From an uncultured Solibacteraceae bacterium (lineage in GTDB: Bacteria > Acidobacteriota > Vicinamibacteria > Vicinamibacterales > SCN-69-37): DNA of 64,000 bases. Within the stretch, counting starts at the first letter, position 1, and each line of letters starts with the position of its first letter. The position numbers and the translations under genes are program-made. The notes under the pieces are model-generated. The model did not search any database. It saw only the letters and a program-made list of their open reading frames with translations, and was not told the origin of the DNA. This document shows positions 53,521 to 63,831 of the stretch, in pieces. The stretch lies in the NCBI GenBank assembly GCA_964419785.1, contig CAYQRM010000113.1, forward strand, positions 1,376-65,375, read 5' to 3'.

Positions 53521-54984
53521 ATGCCAAGACGTGCTGCCGCAGCGGCGGCCGCCCTGCTCGTCGTTCTAGGCGCGTCGTCGGGCGCGTCGTCGGCGCAGAC
53601 TGCTGAACCCGATCCGGCGCCCAAGCTCAGACCGGAGCAGTTCCACGCGGCCGACGCCGCGACCCTGAGTCGTCGCTTCGCCGCGACGCTCGATTGGGAG
53701 ACTGACGCCTTTCTCGGCGAGTACGAGCGCCACGGCCATCGCGATCCGCACTGGGACGATGCGGTCGAGCGAGGCTTGCGGTTGCTCGCACGCAACGCCG
53801 CGCACGATCCGCTGCGGCCGGCCGACGCAAACGACGAGGCGTGGTACGAGCTGCGACAGGCAATGAAGGCCGGCTGCGACGACGCGCTCGTCGAGTATCT
53901 CGACGCTGAGTTGTCGCGACTGGACCTGCCGAAAAGTAATGCGGCGATCGGCGTGCGCAACGCCGCGCTGCGCCTCGAACGATCGCGCTACTCGGCATTT
54001 CGACGCGGCAGCGCGCTCATCGGCGCTGCCTCCGCGCTCTACACGGCCGGCTCCGGGCTGAGCAAAGACGATTGGAACCAGACGTGGCCAGAAATTGATC
54101 GGCTTCTCGATCGATCCCTGACGCTCGTCGACGAGATCGCCCAGGACAAGCGAATTCCGGACGATGTGCTGATGCAGTACGTGAACAGCAACAACAGCAC
54201 TTGGGTCAACACGATGCGAAGCGATCGCCGCCGCGCGTTCGATCCGGCGTACGCGGCGATTGCCGCGCATCGAGATGCCAAGGATCCGCTGCTGCCGCTC
54301 CTCCACGCGCGTTTCTATCAGCTTTACGCCTGGGATATTCGCGGGACGTCGTACGCCGACAAGGTCAAAGACGAAGCCTGGGCGCCATTCAAAGAACGTC
54401 TGCGGCAGGCGGAAGCGGCAGCGGCGGAAGCCGTCGCGCTCGGCTCGAGCGATCCGGCCATTCCGGTCAGCATGACGCAGGTCGTCAAGGGACTGCGGGG
54501 CAACGTCGACGAGCTCGAGGCCTGGTTCAAGCTCGGCGTTGCGGTCGATCCCGGCGATCGATCCTGGTACGAAGTCAAACTGGATTGGATCATGCCGAAG
54601 TGGGTCGGCTCGATCGATCAGGCCATGGACTACGTCGCGTCAGCGAAGCAGACAGGCAGCTGGAACGTCCGCGTGCCGCTGCTCGTCGTCGATCTCTACG
54701 ACCAGCTGCGGGCCGCCGTGGATCTCCCAAAATCGACATCGCTCCTCGACTTGCCGGGCGCGTGCGACGACATCCTGCCGGTGTACGAGGGACTCCTCAA
54801 GCGTTATCCCAACGCCTCGTGGGATCGGGGCCGATACGTCATGACGCTCGTCGACTGCCGCCAGTGGCAAGAGGCCGATCGTCAGCTGAAACTCATCACG
54901 CCCGACCGCCTGCGCGTCGGCGCGTTCGGCGGACAGGACGCCTACGACGTAAAGCGCAAGCTCATCGCGCTGCATTTGCATTGA
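53521..54984 (+). CDS. Hypothetical secreted helical protein
   Basis: 487-aa ORF with signal peptide MPRRAAAAAAALLVVLGASSGASSAQT. The composition is normal, and I cannot confidently name a domain. Confidence 0.6.
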   Translation: MPRRAAAAAAALLVVLGASSGASSAQTAEPDPAPKLRPEQFHAADAATLSRRFAATLDWETDAFLGEYERHGHRDPHWDDAVERGLRLLARNAAHDPLRPADANDEAWYELRQAMKAGCDDALVEYLDAELSRLDLPKSNAAIGVRNAALRLERSRYSAFRRGSALIGAASALYTAGSGLSKDDWNQTWPEIDRLLDRSLTLVDEIAQDKRIPDDVLMQYVNSNNSTWVNTMRSDRRRAFDPAYAAIAAHRDAKDPLLPLLHARFYQLYAWDIRGTSYADKVKDEAWAPFKERLRQAEAAAAEAVALGSSDPAIPVSMTQVVKGLRGNVDELEAWFKLGVAVDPGDRSWYEVKLDWIMPKWVGSIDQAMDYVASAKQTGSWNVRVPLLVVDLYDQLRAAVDLPKSTSLLDLPGACDDILPVYEGLLKRYPNASWDRGRYVMTLVDCRQWQEADRQLKLITPDRLRVGAFGGQDAYDVKRKLIALHLH

Positions 54985-54996
54985 TCGAGCCGCACT

Positions 54997-57651
54997 TTAC
55001 GCCTCACGCAAGCTGGTAATGGGGTCCACTCTCGTCGCACGGCGCGCCGGAAGATAGCTGGCGACGATCGCCACGACCAGCAGGACCAGCGGCACGGTCA
55101 CGAACACGACGGGATCGCGCGGTCGAACTCCATACAGCAGGCTCGACATCGACGCGCTGGCCGCGAGCGCGAAGACCACGCCGGACGCGATGCCGATCGT
55201 CGCGAGCATGACGCCGCGCTGCACGAAGAGTCCAAGAACATTCGCGGGGCTCGCGCCGAGCGCCATGCGCAGCGCGATCTCGCGCGACCGTTGGCGGACG
55301 ATGTAGCTCACGAGGCCGTAGATTCCCGCGAAGGCGAGCAAGAGCGCGATCGTGGCAAATCCGCTCACCAGCGTGGCGGAGAAGCGCCGGGCGCCGAGCG
55401 AGCGATCGAGCAACTCGTTCATCGAGGCGACGCCAAATACCGGAACGTCGGCGTCGACCGCCTGAACCGCCTTGCGGATCTCCGGGACCAACGCGCCGGC
55501 CGGCAAGGCCGTTCGGAGCACGATGCCGAGCGTGCGATCGCCGCTCTGATAGATCGACACGTAGATATGGGGCACGTCGGTGACGTCCAGTCCGTTGTGC
55601 CTGATGTCCTTGACCACGCCAATCACGGTCAGCCACGGCTGCGCGGGATCTTGTCCGAAGCGAAGGCGCCGGCCGACGGGATCGCTGTTCCCCCAGAATC
55701 TGCGCGCGGTGCCCTCCTCCACGATGGCGACCGGCGATTTGCCGTCCTCATCGTCTTCGCTGAAAGAGCGGCCGCGGACGAGCGGAGCGTGCAGGGCCGC
55801 GAAATAGTCCGGGCTAATCCGAATCCTCTCGGCGTGCATGTCCTCGGACGATTCGTTCGGGCGGTCCTCGATGGCGAATTGGTCGAAGTTTCTGCGATCG
55901 AAATGCGTGGTCGTCGGCAGGTTGGAGGTGAGCGCCGCGAGGTCGACGCCCGGGACCGCCCGCAAACGCCGCAGCAGCTCGCGATCGAAAAGCGTCTTCG
56001 GTCCATTTCCAAGATACGGATCGGCCGCGACGTCGTTCGGCACCGGCAGCCAGAGCTGGGCGGTCACGACCTGCATCGGATTGAAGCCTGGATCCTCGCG
56101 CAGCAGCTCATGAATGGTGCGGAACAGCAGCCCCGCGCCAACCATCAAGACAATGGCGATCGCCAGCTCGGAAGCAATCAAGACATCGCGCAGCCGCGTC
56201 GTCCGCCTGCCGGAGCCTGATCCGCGCCCGCCTTCGCGAATCGCCGACACGACGCTGACCTTCGCCGCCTGAAACGCCGGCGCGAGGCCAAAGACGAGCC
56301 CGGTCGCGACGGACATCGCGAGGGCGAACCACGAGACAAAGCGGTCGACGCGCACTTCGTCGAGCCGGGGGACGCTCGCCGGAGCGAGTCGCGTGATGAG
56401 ATCGAGGACGCCAAAGGTCGCGAGCACGCCGGCCGCACCGCCAATAGCCGCCAGCACCATCGTTTCGGTGAGCATCTGGCGGATCACACGACCGCGGCTG
56501 GCGCCGAGCGCGATGCGAACCGCCATTTCGGACTGACGGCTCGAGGCCCGTGCCAGCAAGAGGTTGGCCAGATTCAGCGAGACGACGAAGACAATCAATA
56601 TGACGGCGCCGAAGAGCACAAGCAGTGTGTAGCGGACGTTGCCGATCAACGAGTCCTGCAGCGGCCGAATCTGGATCGTCCACTGCGCCCGGGCCGGATA
56701 GTCGTTCGGAAATTCGGCGCGCAGTTGCGTCGCCATGGCGGAGAGCTGCGACTGTGCGTGCTCGATCGTCAACCCGGCCTTCAGCCGACCGACTGCGGTC
56801 GCCATGACGCGCGTGCTCCGCGCGGGTTTGGGCGCCGGATCGGCGGAGAATCCGCACGCGAGCCAGATGTCGACGTACCCGGAAATCGTCGGTCCCGGAT
56901 GGCGGAAGTCAGGCCGGGTGACGCCGATGATCGTGTACGGATCGTTGTCGAGCCGGACGGTGCGGCCGATCACGGCGGGGTCGGCGCCGTACGAGCGACG
57001 CCAGAGTCCGTCGCTGATGACGGCGATCGGGGCGAAGCCTGGCACGAAATCGCGTGGCCCGAACAGCCGGCCAAGCTGGGGCGTCGCACCGAGCATCGAA
57101 AAATAGTCGGGCGTCGCGGCCACGAACTCGAACCGCTCCGCGCGGCTGGCGCCGGTCAGGTTGATGCTGCCGCCGGCGATACCGGTCACGCTGTCGAAGA
57201 CGCCAGCGCGGTCTCGGAGATCCTGGAGCTCAGGCACCGAGAATGGGACGTCGGTGAGCGTCAGGCCCGGTTGGTTGAACTGGAGGCGCACCAGCCGCGC
57301 CGGCTCCTCGAATGGCAGCGGGCGCAACAGCACGGCGTTGATGACGCTGAACATGGCGGTGCTGGCGCCGACGCCGAGCGTCAGCGACAGGACCGCGACG
57401 GCCGCGAACCCCGGACTCTTGCGCAACATCCGCAGGCTCACGCGGACGTCCTGACAGACGTGGTCCCACCACATCCAGTGGCGCGATTCGTAGAAGCGCT
57501 CGCGCGCTCGCGTCACGTTGCCAAACGCGCGACGCGCCGCCAGGCGCGCCTCCTCCCGGGTCAGCCCCTCTTCTTGAAGGCGCTCGGCTTCGAGCGCGAG
57601 ATGCGCGTCGATCTCCGCGTCGAAGTCGTCTCGCGGCTCTTGGGTTGACAT
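54997..57651 (-). CDS. ADOP-family duplicated MacB/FtsX-type permease with N-terminal cytoplasmic prefix domain, copy 3
   Basis: 884 aa starting at ATG 57651. The prefix is [41 protein letters not shown], followed by [24 protein letters not shown]. It has two FtsX halves. Confidence 0.9.
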   Translation of the reverse strand: MSTQEPRDDFDAEIDAHLALEAERLQEEGLTREEARLAARRAFGNVTRARERFYESRHWMWWDHVCQDVRVSLRMLRKSPGFAAVAVLSLTLGVGASTAMFSVINAVLLRPLPFEEPARLVRLQFNQPGLTLTDVPFSVPELQDLRDRAGVFDSVTGIAGGSINLTGASRAERFEFVAATPDYFSMLGATPQLGRLFGPRDFVPGFAPIAVISDGLWRRSYGADPAVIGRTVRLDNDPYTIIGVTRPDFRHPGPTISGYVDIWLACGFSADPAPKPARSTRVMATAVGRLKAGLTIEHAQSQLSAMATQLRAEFPNDYPARAQWTIQIRPLQDSLIGNVRYTLLVLFGAVILIVFVVSLNLANLLLARASSRQSEMAVRIALGASRGRVIRQMLTETMVLAAIGGAAGVLATFGVLDLITRLAPASVPRLDEVRVDRFVSWFALAMSVATGLVFGLAPAFQAAKVSVVSAIREGGRGSGSGRRTTRLRDVLIASELAIAIVLMVGAGLLFRTIHELLREDPGFNPMQVVTAQLWLPVPNDVAADPYLGNGPKTLFDRELLRRLRAVPGVDLAALTSNLPTTTHFDRRNFDQFAIEDRPNESSEDMHAERIRISPDYFAALHAPLVRGRSFSEDDEDGKSPVAIVEEGTARRFWGNSDPVGRRLRFGQDPAQPWLTVIGVVKDIRHNGLDVTDVPHIYVSIYQSGDRTLGIVLRTALPAGALVPEIRKAVQAVDADVPVFGVASMNELLDRSLGARRFSATLVSGFATIALLLAFAGIYGLVSYIVRQRSREIALRMALGASPANVLGLFVQRGVMLATIGIASGVVFALAASASMSSLLYGVRPRDPVVFVTVPLVLLVVAIVASYLPARRATRVDPITSLREA

Positions 57652-57692
57652 CTTACCCTAGACCCTAAGCGCCTTCGGGTTAGATGTCAACC
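57643..57692 (-). promoter_or_regulatory. 16-bp inverted repeat (15/16) bracketing a sigma70-like promoter and the start codon of ADOP copy 3
   Basis: The arms are GGTTGACATCTTACCC (57643-57658, containing the ATG) and GGGTTAGATGTCAACC (57677-57692). On the minus strand this reads TTGACA-17 nt-TAGGGT-10 nt-ATG. Confidence 0.45.
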
Positions 57693-57719
57693 CGGTCGTC
57701 GAAGGACGTACCGATCCGC

Positions 57720-58361
57720 TCACCGAGCTCTCACGCGGACAGTGCCGCTCTTGCTCGTCAGCTGAAGCGGCACTCCCCCGCCGTGGATCGTTCCCTGCGC
57801 GCGGCCCTGGTCGACGTGGCCCTCGAGGAGATCGCGATCGACGTCGATCGCGCCCGATCCGCTCGTCGCATCGAGCGTCACCGGGGTGGCGGGCGGCAGC
57901 GTCACGTCAATGTTGCCGGACCCGGTGCGAACCGAGACGCTGCCCTCGACGTTGCTGATCGTCACCGCGCCGGAATCGCTCGCCGCGACCACGGACGCGC
58001 CAGGCGGTACGCGCACGTCATAGTCGACCGTCACGGCGCGATCGACCAGCGGGTCGGCCGGCGGTCGCAGCTCGACCGTAGCGCTTTGCTGCCGCGCGGG
58101 CGGATGATCGGAAACGCCCGCGGCGAGTTGTCCGCTGTTGGGCGGCATGTTCAGCTGGCGTCTCACCGTGATCGTGCCCGTGACGACGACCCGTCCAACG
58201 TCGCCAGCCGTCACGGTGATCTTGCCGCGGTGGGTCGAGACATCGAGACGCATCGCCCCGGTGAACGTTCGCTCGAAGGTGTAGGTCTGCGCAAAGGCCG
58301 GCGCCGCGGCGCACACGGCCGCGACGAGCGCGAGCGATCCGAGACTGAGAGAGGTTCGCAT
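57720..58361 (-). CDS. DUF4097-like beta-strand-repeat secreted protein
   Basis: From ORF 57720..58442. ATG 58361 gives MRTSLSLGSLALVAAVCAAAPAFAQ; the alternative ATG 58400 lies 4 nt after the candidate -10. Repeated motifs include GKITVTAGD, GAVTISNVEGSVSVRTGSGNIDV, ATSGSGAIDV and SKSGTVRV. Confidence 0.65.
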   Translation of the reverse strand: MRTSLSLGSLALVAAVCAAAPAFAQTYTFERTFTGAMRLDVSTHRGKITVTAGDVGRVVVTGTITVRRQLNMPPNSGQLAAGVSDHPPARQQSATVELRPPADPLVDRAVTVDYDVRVPPGASVVAASDSGAVTISNVEGSVSVRTGSGNIDVTLPPATPVTLDATSGSGAIDVDRDLLEGHVDQGRAQGTIHGGGVPLQLTSKSGTVRVRAR

Positions 58362-58404
58362 TCGACACGCACCAGCGACAGCGTGGCTCGTCGTGGACAT
58401 CCTC

Positions 58405-58433
58405 GTTATTGCCATTGGCGCGACGGATGTCAA
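58405..58433 (-). promoter_or_regulatory. Candidate sigma70-like promoter for the DUF4097 gene
   Basis: The minus strand reads TTGACA (58433-58428)-17 nt-AATAAC (58410-58405). The -35 is embedded in the same 10-mer GGTTGACATC seen upstream of ADOP copy 3. Confidence 0.4.
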
Positions 58434-58615
58434 CCTTGGCAATCCCGCAGTCTACAATCTGAAGGTAGCGGACCGGGCGCTCAAGCGGAGGCGCACGAAG
58501 GCTGGGAGAGGATGCGATGAACGCACGCGAGCCTCGAGATCCCTTGATCGATCGTGTTGCGTGACGACTTTCTGCGCCGGTGCCGCGCGCGGCGACGCGC
58601 GCAGGAGAGCCTGCT

Positions 58616-59386
58616 ATGACGTCCGCCTTGCGCGTTGCCGCGAGTCTCGGTGTCGCGATTTCGATCCTTCCCGTCGCGGTGAGCGGCCAGCAACCGGCCC
58701 CGCGCATCCGCACGATCACCAACGATGCCGTGCGGCGCGCCGTAGACGCTGCGTGGCCCGGCGTCGATCATACCGACAGCCCGCGTTCGGCCAGCGACAG
58801 TGACTGGTCACGCGTGCGCGAGATCGAAGGCGAGGAAATTACGCTCACCCTGAACGGCATGCCCGCGGTCACGCGCTACATCGTGGCGGACAGCGTGAGC
58901 GACTCTGGCCTCACCGTGTTGAATCTGACCGACCCGCGTCTGCCAGCCCAAGCGCGGGACGCCTTGGCCAGCGCCGCCTGGTGGCATTCGGAGTGCTTCC
59001 TCAGGCCGCTACCTCCAGGCGGCATGCGTCTGAACCGTCACGTGCAGGTCGAGGCCGGCAGCGTCTTTCTGGACGGCAACAAGGTGATCGATCTGGCGGA
59101 CATTGTCGAGCAGGTCGCGCGACCGCGTGTCGCCCAAATCAGCTACAGGCATCGCGCAGCGAAGCGAGGACTTGTCGTGGGCGTGCTGGTCGGCGCCGTC
59201 GTAGGAGTCGCGATCATGACGCTCGATTGCGGCGTTCACTGGAACACCGAAACCGCCTCATGCGGTGAGTGGACCGGAACCTGGGTGTTTGCAGGGCCCG
59301 CCTTCGGAGCCGGCTTAGGCGCCGCAATCGGCAGCGCATTCAAAGTGACGACCGTGGTGTATCGAGCGCCGCACGGCGGCGCGTAG
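58616..59386 (+). CDS. Hypothetical secreted/membrane-anchored protein with C-terminal Gly-zipper-like hydrophobic region
   Basis: From ORF 58580..59386. The ATG at 58616 is preceded by AGGAGAG. The signal peptide is MTSALRVAASLGVAISILPVAVSG and the C-terminus is GLVVGVLVGAVVGVAIM..FAGPAFGAGLGAAIGSAF. Confidence 0.55.
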   Translation: MTSALRVAASLGVAISILPVAVSGQQPAPRIRTITNDAVRRAVDAAWPGVDHTDSPRSASDSDWSRVREIEGEEITLTLNGMPAVTRYIVADSVSDSGLTVLNLTDPRLPAQARDALASAAWWHSECFLRPLPPGGMRLNRHVQVEAGSVFLDGNKVIDLADIVEQVARPRVAQISYRHRAAKRGLVVGVLVGAVVGVAIMTLDCGVHWNTETASCGEWTGTWVFAGPAFGAGLGAAIGSAFKVTTVVYRAPHGGA

Positions 59387-59388
59387 TC

Positions 59389-59943
59389 TCACGCGCCCGC
59401 GAGGCTTCCGACGCGGCGCGCCATCATGCCCAGCATGAGCCGCGAGAAGCCGGTCATGATCAAATTCACACCGACGATCGTACCGATCGCCCAGATCGAG
59501 CTCGACGGCCACTGGCGCCAGATCATGCCGCCAAGCAGCAGCGTGATGGCCGCATTCACGAATCGCCAGTTTCGTCCTGGCTCACCCGCAGTCTGAGCGA
59601 ACGCGATCAGCTCAAGCACGGATTCCGCAAAGAGGATGCCCGCCAGAAACAAGGTGAGCGTGCCGAGTGCGAGCAGCGGATGCGACAGGAAGTAGTAGCC
59701 GCCCACGAGATAGATCGCCGCGAGCAGCACCTGCCACAGCGCCCGGCCGACATCGCCGGCGCGAAACGCGCCGATCGCATGAATGACGCCGCCGATGATC
59801 AGCAACCAGCCGACCCAAATCGTGACCGCCAATCCCGCGATCGCGGGCTCAACGATCGCGATCATGCCGAGCACGATGAACGAGACGGCCAGCATCACCA
59901 GCCAGCCGCCGGCCTTCTTAACGGCGGAAGACGCGGTCTCCAT
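59389..59943 (-). CDS. HdeD/DUF308-family membrane protein
   Basis: From ORF 59389..59985. The ATG at 59943 lies 5 nt after GGAGGAG. It has six hydrophobic segments in the DUF308-like pattern GWLVMLAVSFIVLGMIAIVEP..WLLIIGGVIHAIGAF. Confidence 0.75.
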   Translation of the reverse strand: METASSAVKKAGGWLVMLAVSFIVLGMIAIVEPAIAGLAVTIWVGWLLIIGGVIHAIGAFRAGDVGRALWQVLLAAIYLVGGYYFLSHPLLALGTLTLFLAGILFAESVLELIAFAQTAGEPGRNWRFVNAAITLLLGGMIWRQWPSSSIWAIGTIVGVNLIMTGFSRLMLGMMARRVGSLAGA

Positions 59944-61738
59944 GCTCTCCTCCGATCTTGAAGCTCTGCACTTTCTTCTCGCCATCCGCGAGCGTCACGC
60001 GGCGTGCCGCGGGTTCGAGCTGCGCGAGAAATGACGGGTCGAACCACTGCCCTTGCTCGACGTCGTTGACCGCGGCGATCAAATACTCGCCCGGCGGGAG
60101 ATTCGGTATCCGGAAATGCCCGTCGCTCGCCGGCCGCGTCGAGACGGTTCGACGGGACTGCGGCCCCCAGAACGACTTGTCCGCTGGAAACACGATGATG
60201 ACATAGTCGCTCGCGGGATGACCGGCGGCGTCGAGGAGATCGCCCGAGATCTCCGTCGGCCGATCGGTGAACGCGACCTCGACGTCGCGCACGTCGCTTC
60301 CCGCGACCTCGAGCGGAAAATCGGCCGAGTCGCGGCCTTGCGCGTTCGCGCTTCGGAATTGCCAGCCGCCGCTGGCCGTTCCGATGATCCGGTACCGTCC
60401 TGGCGTGACGCCGGTGAACGTGAACGCGCCGCTCGCGTCGGCATTCACGCTCGGCGTGGTCACGAGCGTCGGCGCCTTGGTCCGCACCGCGTTGAGCGCG
60501 ACGCGCACTTTCGTGAGATCGGCCGGCGGCTTGATCGAATCTCCGTCGAAGACCAGACGACCCGACACCGTCACTCCCGACTGCAGGGTGATCGTCGTCG
60601 TCGTGTCCGTACCGTTGACGGCGACGACCGCGACGCCGAAGAGCGCCGACATCGCCGGCGTGAGCGGACCGCTGCGCGCGTCGGGCGCCGGCCGCACGGC
60701 GACCGTGTAGTCGCCCGGCAGCAACCCGGCGCTCGAGAACGTCCCGTCGGCCGCGGCCTGCGCGTGGCCAAACCCGCTGAATGGCACGCCAGGAATCGTG
60801 TCGTGCGCCATGATCGTGACCTGCATGTTCGACGGCAGCACGCCGTCGGGCGACACGACGTTGCCGGAGATGCGCGCGGTCGGCGTCCAACGCACGGACA
60901 CATCGAGACCGGAACGCTCCTCACCTTCCTTGAGCGAGATCAGGGTGGCTTCGTCTTCGCGATACACCCCGGGAAAGAAGACAGGCGCGTAATCAATCGC
61001 ACGTCCCTGTTCGGGCGCCGCGGAGGTCGCCATCGGCAAGCCGGCAGGGGCGTGCAGCAGACGGTCGGCCCAGTCCACCTCGGACGCAGTCGTCTCGCGC
61101 ATCTCGATCTCGCTTCGAATCACCTCGCCCGCTGTCACGACGACAAAATAGTCGTCGGGCGGCAGACCGTAGAGGCGATACACGCCGCGATCATCCGACA
61201 CCGACCCAAGGCCGCCCGCCGCGACCGTGAGCGTTCGCTCGCCCGTGTCGAAGCCGAAGGAGGAGCGGAGCACGACCACGCGCGCTCCCGGCATCGGCTC
61301 GCCGGCGCTGTCCCGGATCGTGCCCGTGAGGACGCCGCCCGGCTGAAGCTTCAGCGTCAGATCCTTCTTCTGCTCTGCACCGGCGAGGGCGAGCGTGGCG
61401 CCGGGACGTCCCGGACGCTTCGCGCCGTACGTGAAGTTGACGAATCCGGGTTTCGATGCGGTGACGCTGTAGCGATCCGCGGGCAGGTCCGCAAACGAGA
61501 ACGATCCGGTGTCGTCGGTAACGGCCGTCACTCGCAGACCGCTCTCGACGCCGGAGATCGAGACCGAGGCACGACGCAGTGGACGACCGTTGAGATCGTT
61601 GACGACCGTGCCGGCGAGCAGACCGTTGCCCGCCATCGCCGGAACGCTCGCGTCGCGCACCGGCACCTGCTGCGCGAGGACCGCGGTCGACAGCGCGACG
61701 AGCGCCGCGGCGACGATCGTGCGAGGGCTCGCGCTCAT
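59918..61738 (-). CDS. Secreted carboxypeptidase-regulatory-like (CarboxypepD_reg) repeat protein, paralogue B
   Basis: From ORF 59918..62173. The ATG at 61738 overlaps the upstream stop as ATGA. A signal peptide is present. Repeated modules include GTVVNDLNGRPLRRASVSI..DDTGSFSFADLPADRYSVTASKPGF, GTIRDSAGEPMPGARVVV and GAFTFTGVTPGRYRI. Confidence 0.75.
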   Translation of the reverse strand: MSASPRTIVAAALVALSTAVLAQQVPVRDASVPAMAGNGLLAGTVVNDLNGRPLRRASVSISGVESGLRVTAVTDDTGSFSFADLPADRYSVTASKPGFVNFTYGAKRPGRPGATLALAGAEQKKDLTLKLQPGGVLTGTIRDSAGEPMPGARVVVLRSSFGFDTGERTLTVAAGGLGSVSDDRGVYRLYGLPPDDYFVVVTAGEVIRSEIEMRETTASEVDWADRLLHAPAGLPMATSAAPEQGRAIDYAPVFFPGVYREDEATLISLKEGEERSGLDVSVRWTPTARISGNVVSPDGVLPSNMQVTIMAHDTIPGVPFSGFGHAQAAADGTFSSAGLLPGDYTVAVRPAPDARSGPLTPAMSALFGVAVVAVNGTDTTTTITLQSGVTVSGRLVFDGDSIKPPADLTKVRVALNAVRTKAPTLVTTPSVNADASGAFTFTGVTPGRYRIIGTASGGWQFRSANAQGRDSADFPLEVAGSDVRDVEVAFTDRPTEISGDLLDAAGHPASDYVIIVFPADKSFWGPQSRRTVSTRPASDGHFRIPNLPPGEYLIAAVNDVEQGQWFDPSFLAQLEPAARRVTLADGEKKVQSFKIGGEHGDRVFRR

Positions 61739-63744
61739 CGAACCTCCTTCGTCTCGAGATCGAGCGATTTCTTCTCCCCATCGGCGATCGTAACGCGCGT
61801 GGCGAGCGCCGAAAGTCTTTGCAGCGACGTGACGTCCATCCAATTCGGCACGGCGGTGCTCACCGCGACGACAAGATAGTCGCCGGCAGGCAACGCGGTG
61901 AGTTTGTACTTGCCGTCCGATCCGACGCGCGCGGTCTTCAGCCGTCGGGGCGTCGGCCCGTGATCTTTCCACAGACTCGCCTGCTCCGGAAACACGAGCA
62001 CGGTCGCCGTCGGATCGACGCCTTTGCTGTTCCGCGTGGCGCCGGAAAGCTCCGTTGGCTTGTCGGTGAACACGACGACGAGATCGGGCACGTCCTTGCC
62101 GCCGATTTCGAACGGCGAATCGCTGACATCGCGCCCGTCCTCGAACGCGCCCTTGAACCACCAGCCCTGCCACGGCCCGTTCGCCCGCACGACGTAGCGG
62201 CCGGGCGGCAGCTCGTAGGACGAGAGCTGACCGCGCGCATCGATCACCGCGCGGGACAGCGTGAACTGGCTGATCGAAAAAGCATTGAACGAGCCCGTGC
62301 GGCCGTCCGCAGGATCGATCGTCACTGTGCCGAGACGCAACCGATCCGGCGCGGGCTTGTCGGTCGCTCCCTCGAATTCGACGTGGCCGCCGACGCGCGC
62401 GCCCGTCGCCAGCATGACATTCACACCAGTGATGTCATGTTCCTCGACTGACACCGAGGTGCTCGCCCAGAGCGTGGGACCGTCGGGAATGGGCGGCGGC
62501 ACGCTCGGGCCGGTGCTGCTCATGATCATTCCGGAGCCGGTCTGAATCACCGTGACCGCGCCCGACGGTATCTGCGGCCGGAGGGGCATCTTCGTCACGC
62601 GAATCGTATAGAGGCCAGGCGTCACGCCGAGAAACGCGAACGCGCCGTTCGAATCGCTGACGGTCGTCGCCGTCACGATCTCGTAGTCGCGCTGCGGATC
62701 GTTGGCATTGCCGGCGACGAGCTCGAGCGCGGTCTGCGCCTCGGGACCGTTGGGCCCGGTCAGCACGCCGGACACCGTGCTCGCGACCACCGGTCGCAGC
62801 TGAAAGTCGATGCCCGTGCGATCCGCGGCAGGCGCGAGCGTGACGATCGTCGCATCGCCAATCGATCCCGCCGTCGGATAGAACATGCACGGATAGACGT
62901 ACACCTTCCCTTGGGCGGCGGGCGGAGCCACCGGGCCGCCCGAGGCCGGCCGCAGCAGCCACGGTCCGACCGGCTGGCCCCCGCCGAGTAGCGAGAACGC
63001 CTGTGAGGCGGAGCGATCGAGGTCGCGCTGCATGTCTTCGGTGCGCCCGCTCTTGACGGCCGCTGCGAACGCGGTCATCAGCGTCGTTGGGACGGTGGTC
63101 TGTGTCGTGACGATCCCGACGACGTAATCGCCGGGCCCGAGCGACGCGGCTCGATACACGCCGCGATCGTCGGTCGAAGCCGTGTTGCCAATCTGCTGAA
63201 ACTTCTGACGCCCGCTGACGATCGTCCGTCTGAGCACCTTGACCTGCACGTTGATGAGAGGCTCGCCAGTCTCATCGACGATGGTCCCGCTGATCGCGCC
63301 GAACTTCCACAGCGGCACCGCCAGATCGCCACGCTTTTCGCCATCGCCGAGAACAATCGTCTCGGGCACCGTATCGGTCGGCGCGCGACGCCCGAAAAGG
63401 CCGTAGTCGTACCCTGGCTTGCTCGCCGTAATCGTGAACGAGCCCTTCGGCACGTCGCGGAACACGAACCGTCCGTTCACGTCCGTCAGCAGTTTCATCG
63501 GCAGCCGGCTGAGCCTTGCGGGCGGTGTCGGACCGATTGCGCCGCCAGCAGGCACCGGCACAGTGGCCAGCGTGACGATGACGCCGCCAAGCCCCTTGCC
63601 CGTCGTGCCGTCCACCGTCTGCCCCACGAGCATGCCCGTCGGCGGCGAGTCCTTTTGCGATCCGATTGGCGACTGGGCAAGAAGATCGGACGCAGCGACC
63701 AATACCCAGACGGACGCGAGCATCCGGCGAACGAGAGGAGCCAT
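61735..63744 (-). CDS. Secreted carboxypeptidase-regulatory-like (CarboxypepD_reg) repeat protein, paralogue A
   Basis: From ORF 61735..63951. The ATG at 63744 is preceded by GGGAGG and gives MAPLVRRMLASVWVLVAASDLLAQ. Modules include GQTVDGTTGKGLGGVIVTL..VNGRFVFRDVPKGSFTITASKPGY and GTIVDETGEPLINVQVKVL. The C-terminus matches that of paralogue B (V[TI][IL]ADGEKK). Confidence 0.75.
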   Translation of the reverse strand: MAPLVRRMLASVWVLVAASDLLAQSPIGSQKDSPPTGMLVGQTVDGTTGKGLGGVIVTLATVPVPAGGAIGPTPPARLSRLPMKLLTDVNGRFVFRDVPKGSFTITASKPGYDYGLFGRRAPTDTVPETIVLGDGEKRGDLAVPLWKFGAISGTIVDETGEPLINVQVKVLRRTIVSGRQKFQQIGNTASTDDRGVYRAASLGPGDYVVGIVTTQTTVPTTLMTAFAAAVKSGRTEDMQRDLDRSASQAFSLLGGGQPVGPWLLRPASGGPVAPPAAQGKVYVYPCMFYPTAGSIGDATIVTLAPAADRTGIDFQLRPVVASTVSGVLTGPNGPEAQTALELVAGNANDPQRDYEIVTATTVSDSNGAFAFLGVTPGLYTIRVTKMPLRPQIPSGAVTVIQTGSGMIMSSTGPSVPPPIPDGPTLWASTSVSVEEHDITGVNVMLATGARVGGHVEFEGATDKPAPDRLRLGTVTIDPADGRTGSFNAFSISQFTLSRAVIDARGQLSSYELPPGRYVVRANGPWQGWWFKGAFEDGRDVSDSPFEIGGKDVPDLVVVFTDKPTELSGATRNSKGVDPTATVLVFPEQASLWKDHGPTPRRLKTARVGSDGKYKLTALPAGDYLVVAVSTAVPNWMDVTSLQRLSALATRVTIADGEKKSLDLETKEVR

Positions 63745-63831
63745 CTGGGGCCTCCCGGGGATGTGACGAAAAACGACAGAGAGTGGCTCGGAGGATAGCA
63801 GAGACGCGCGTCCTTGCACTAGGATCGAGGC

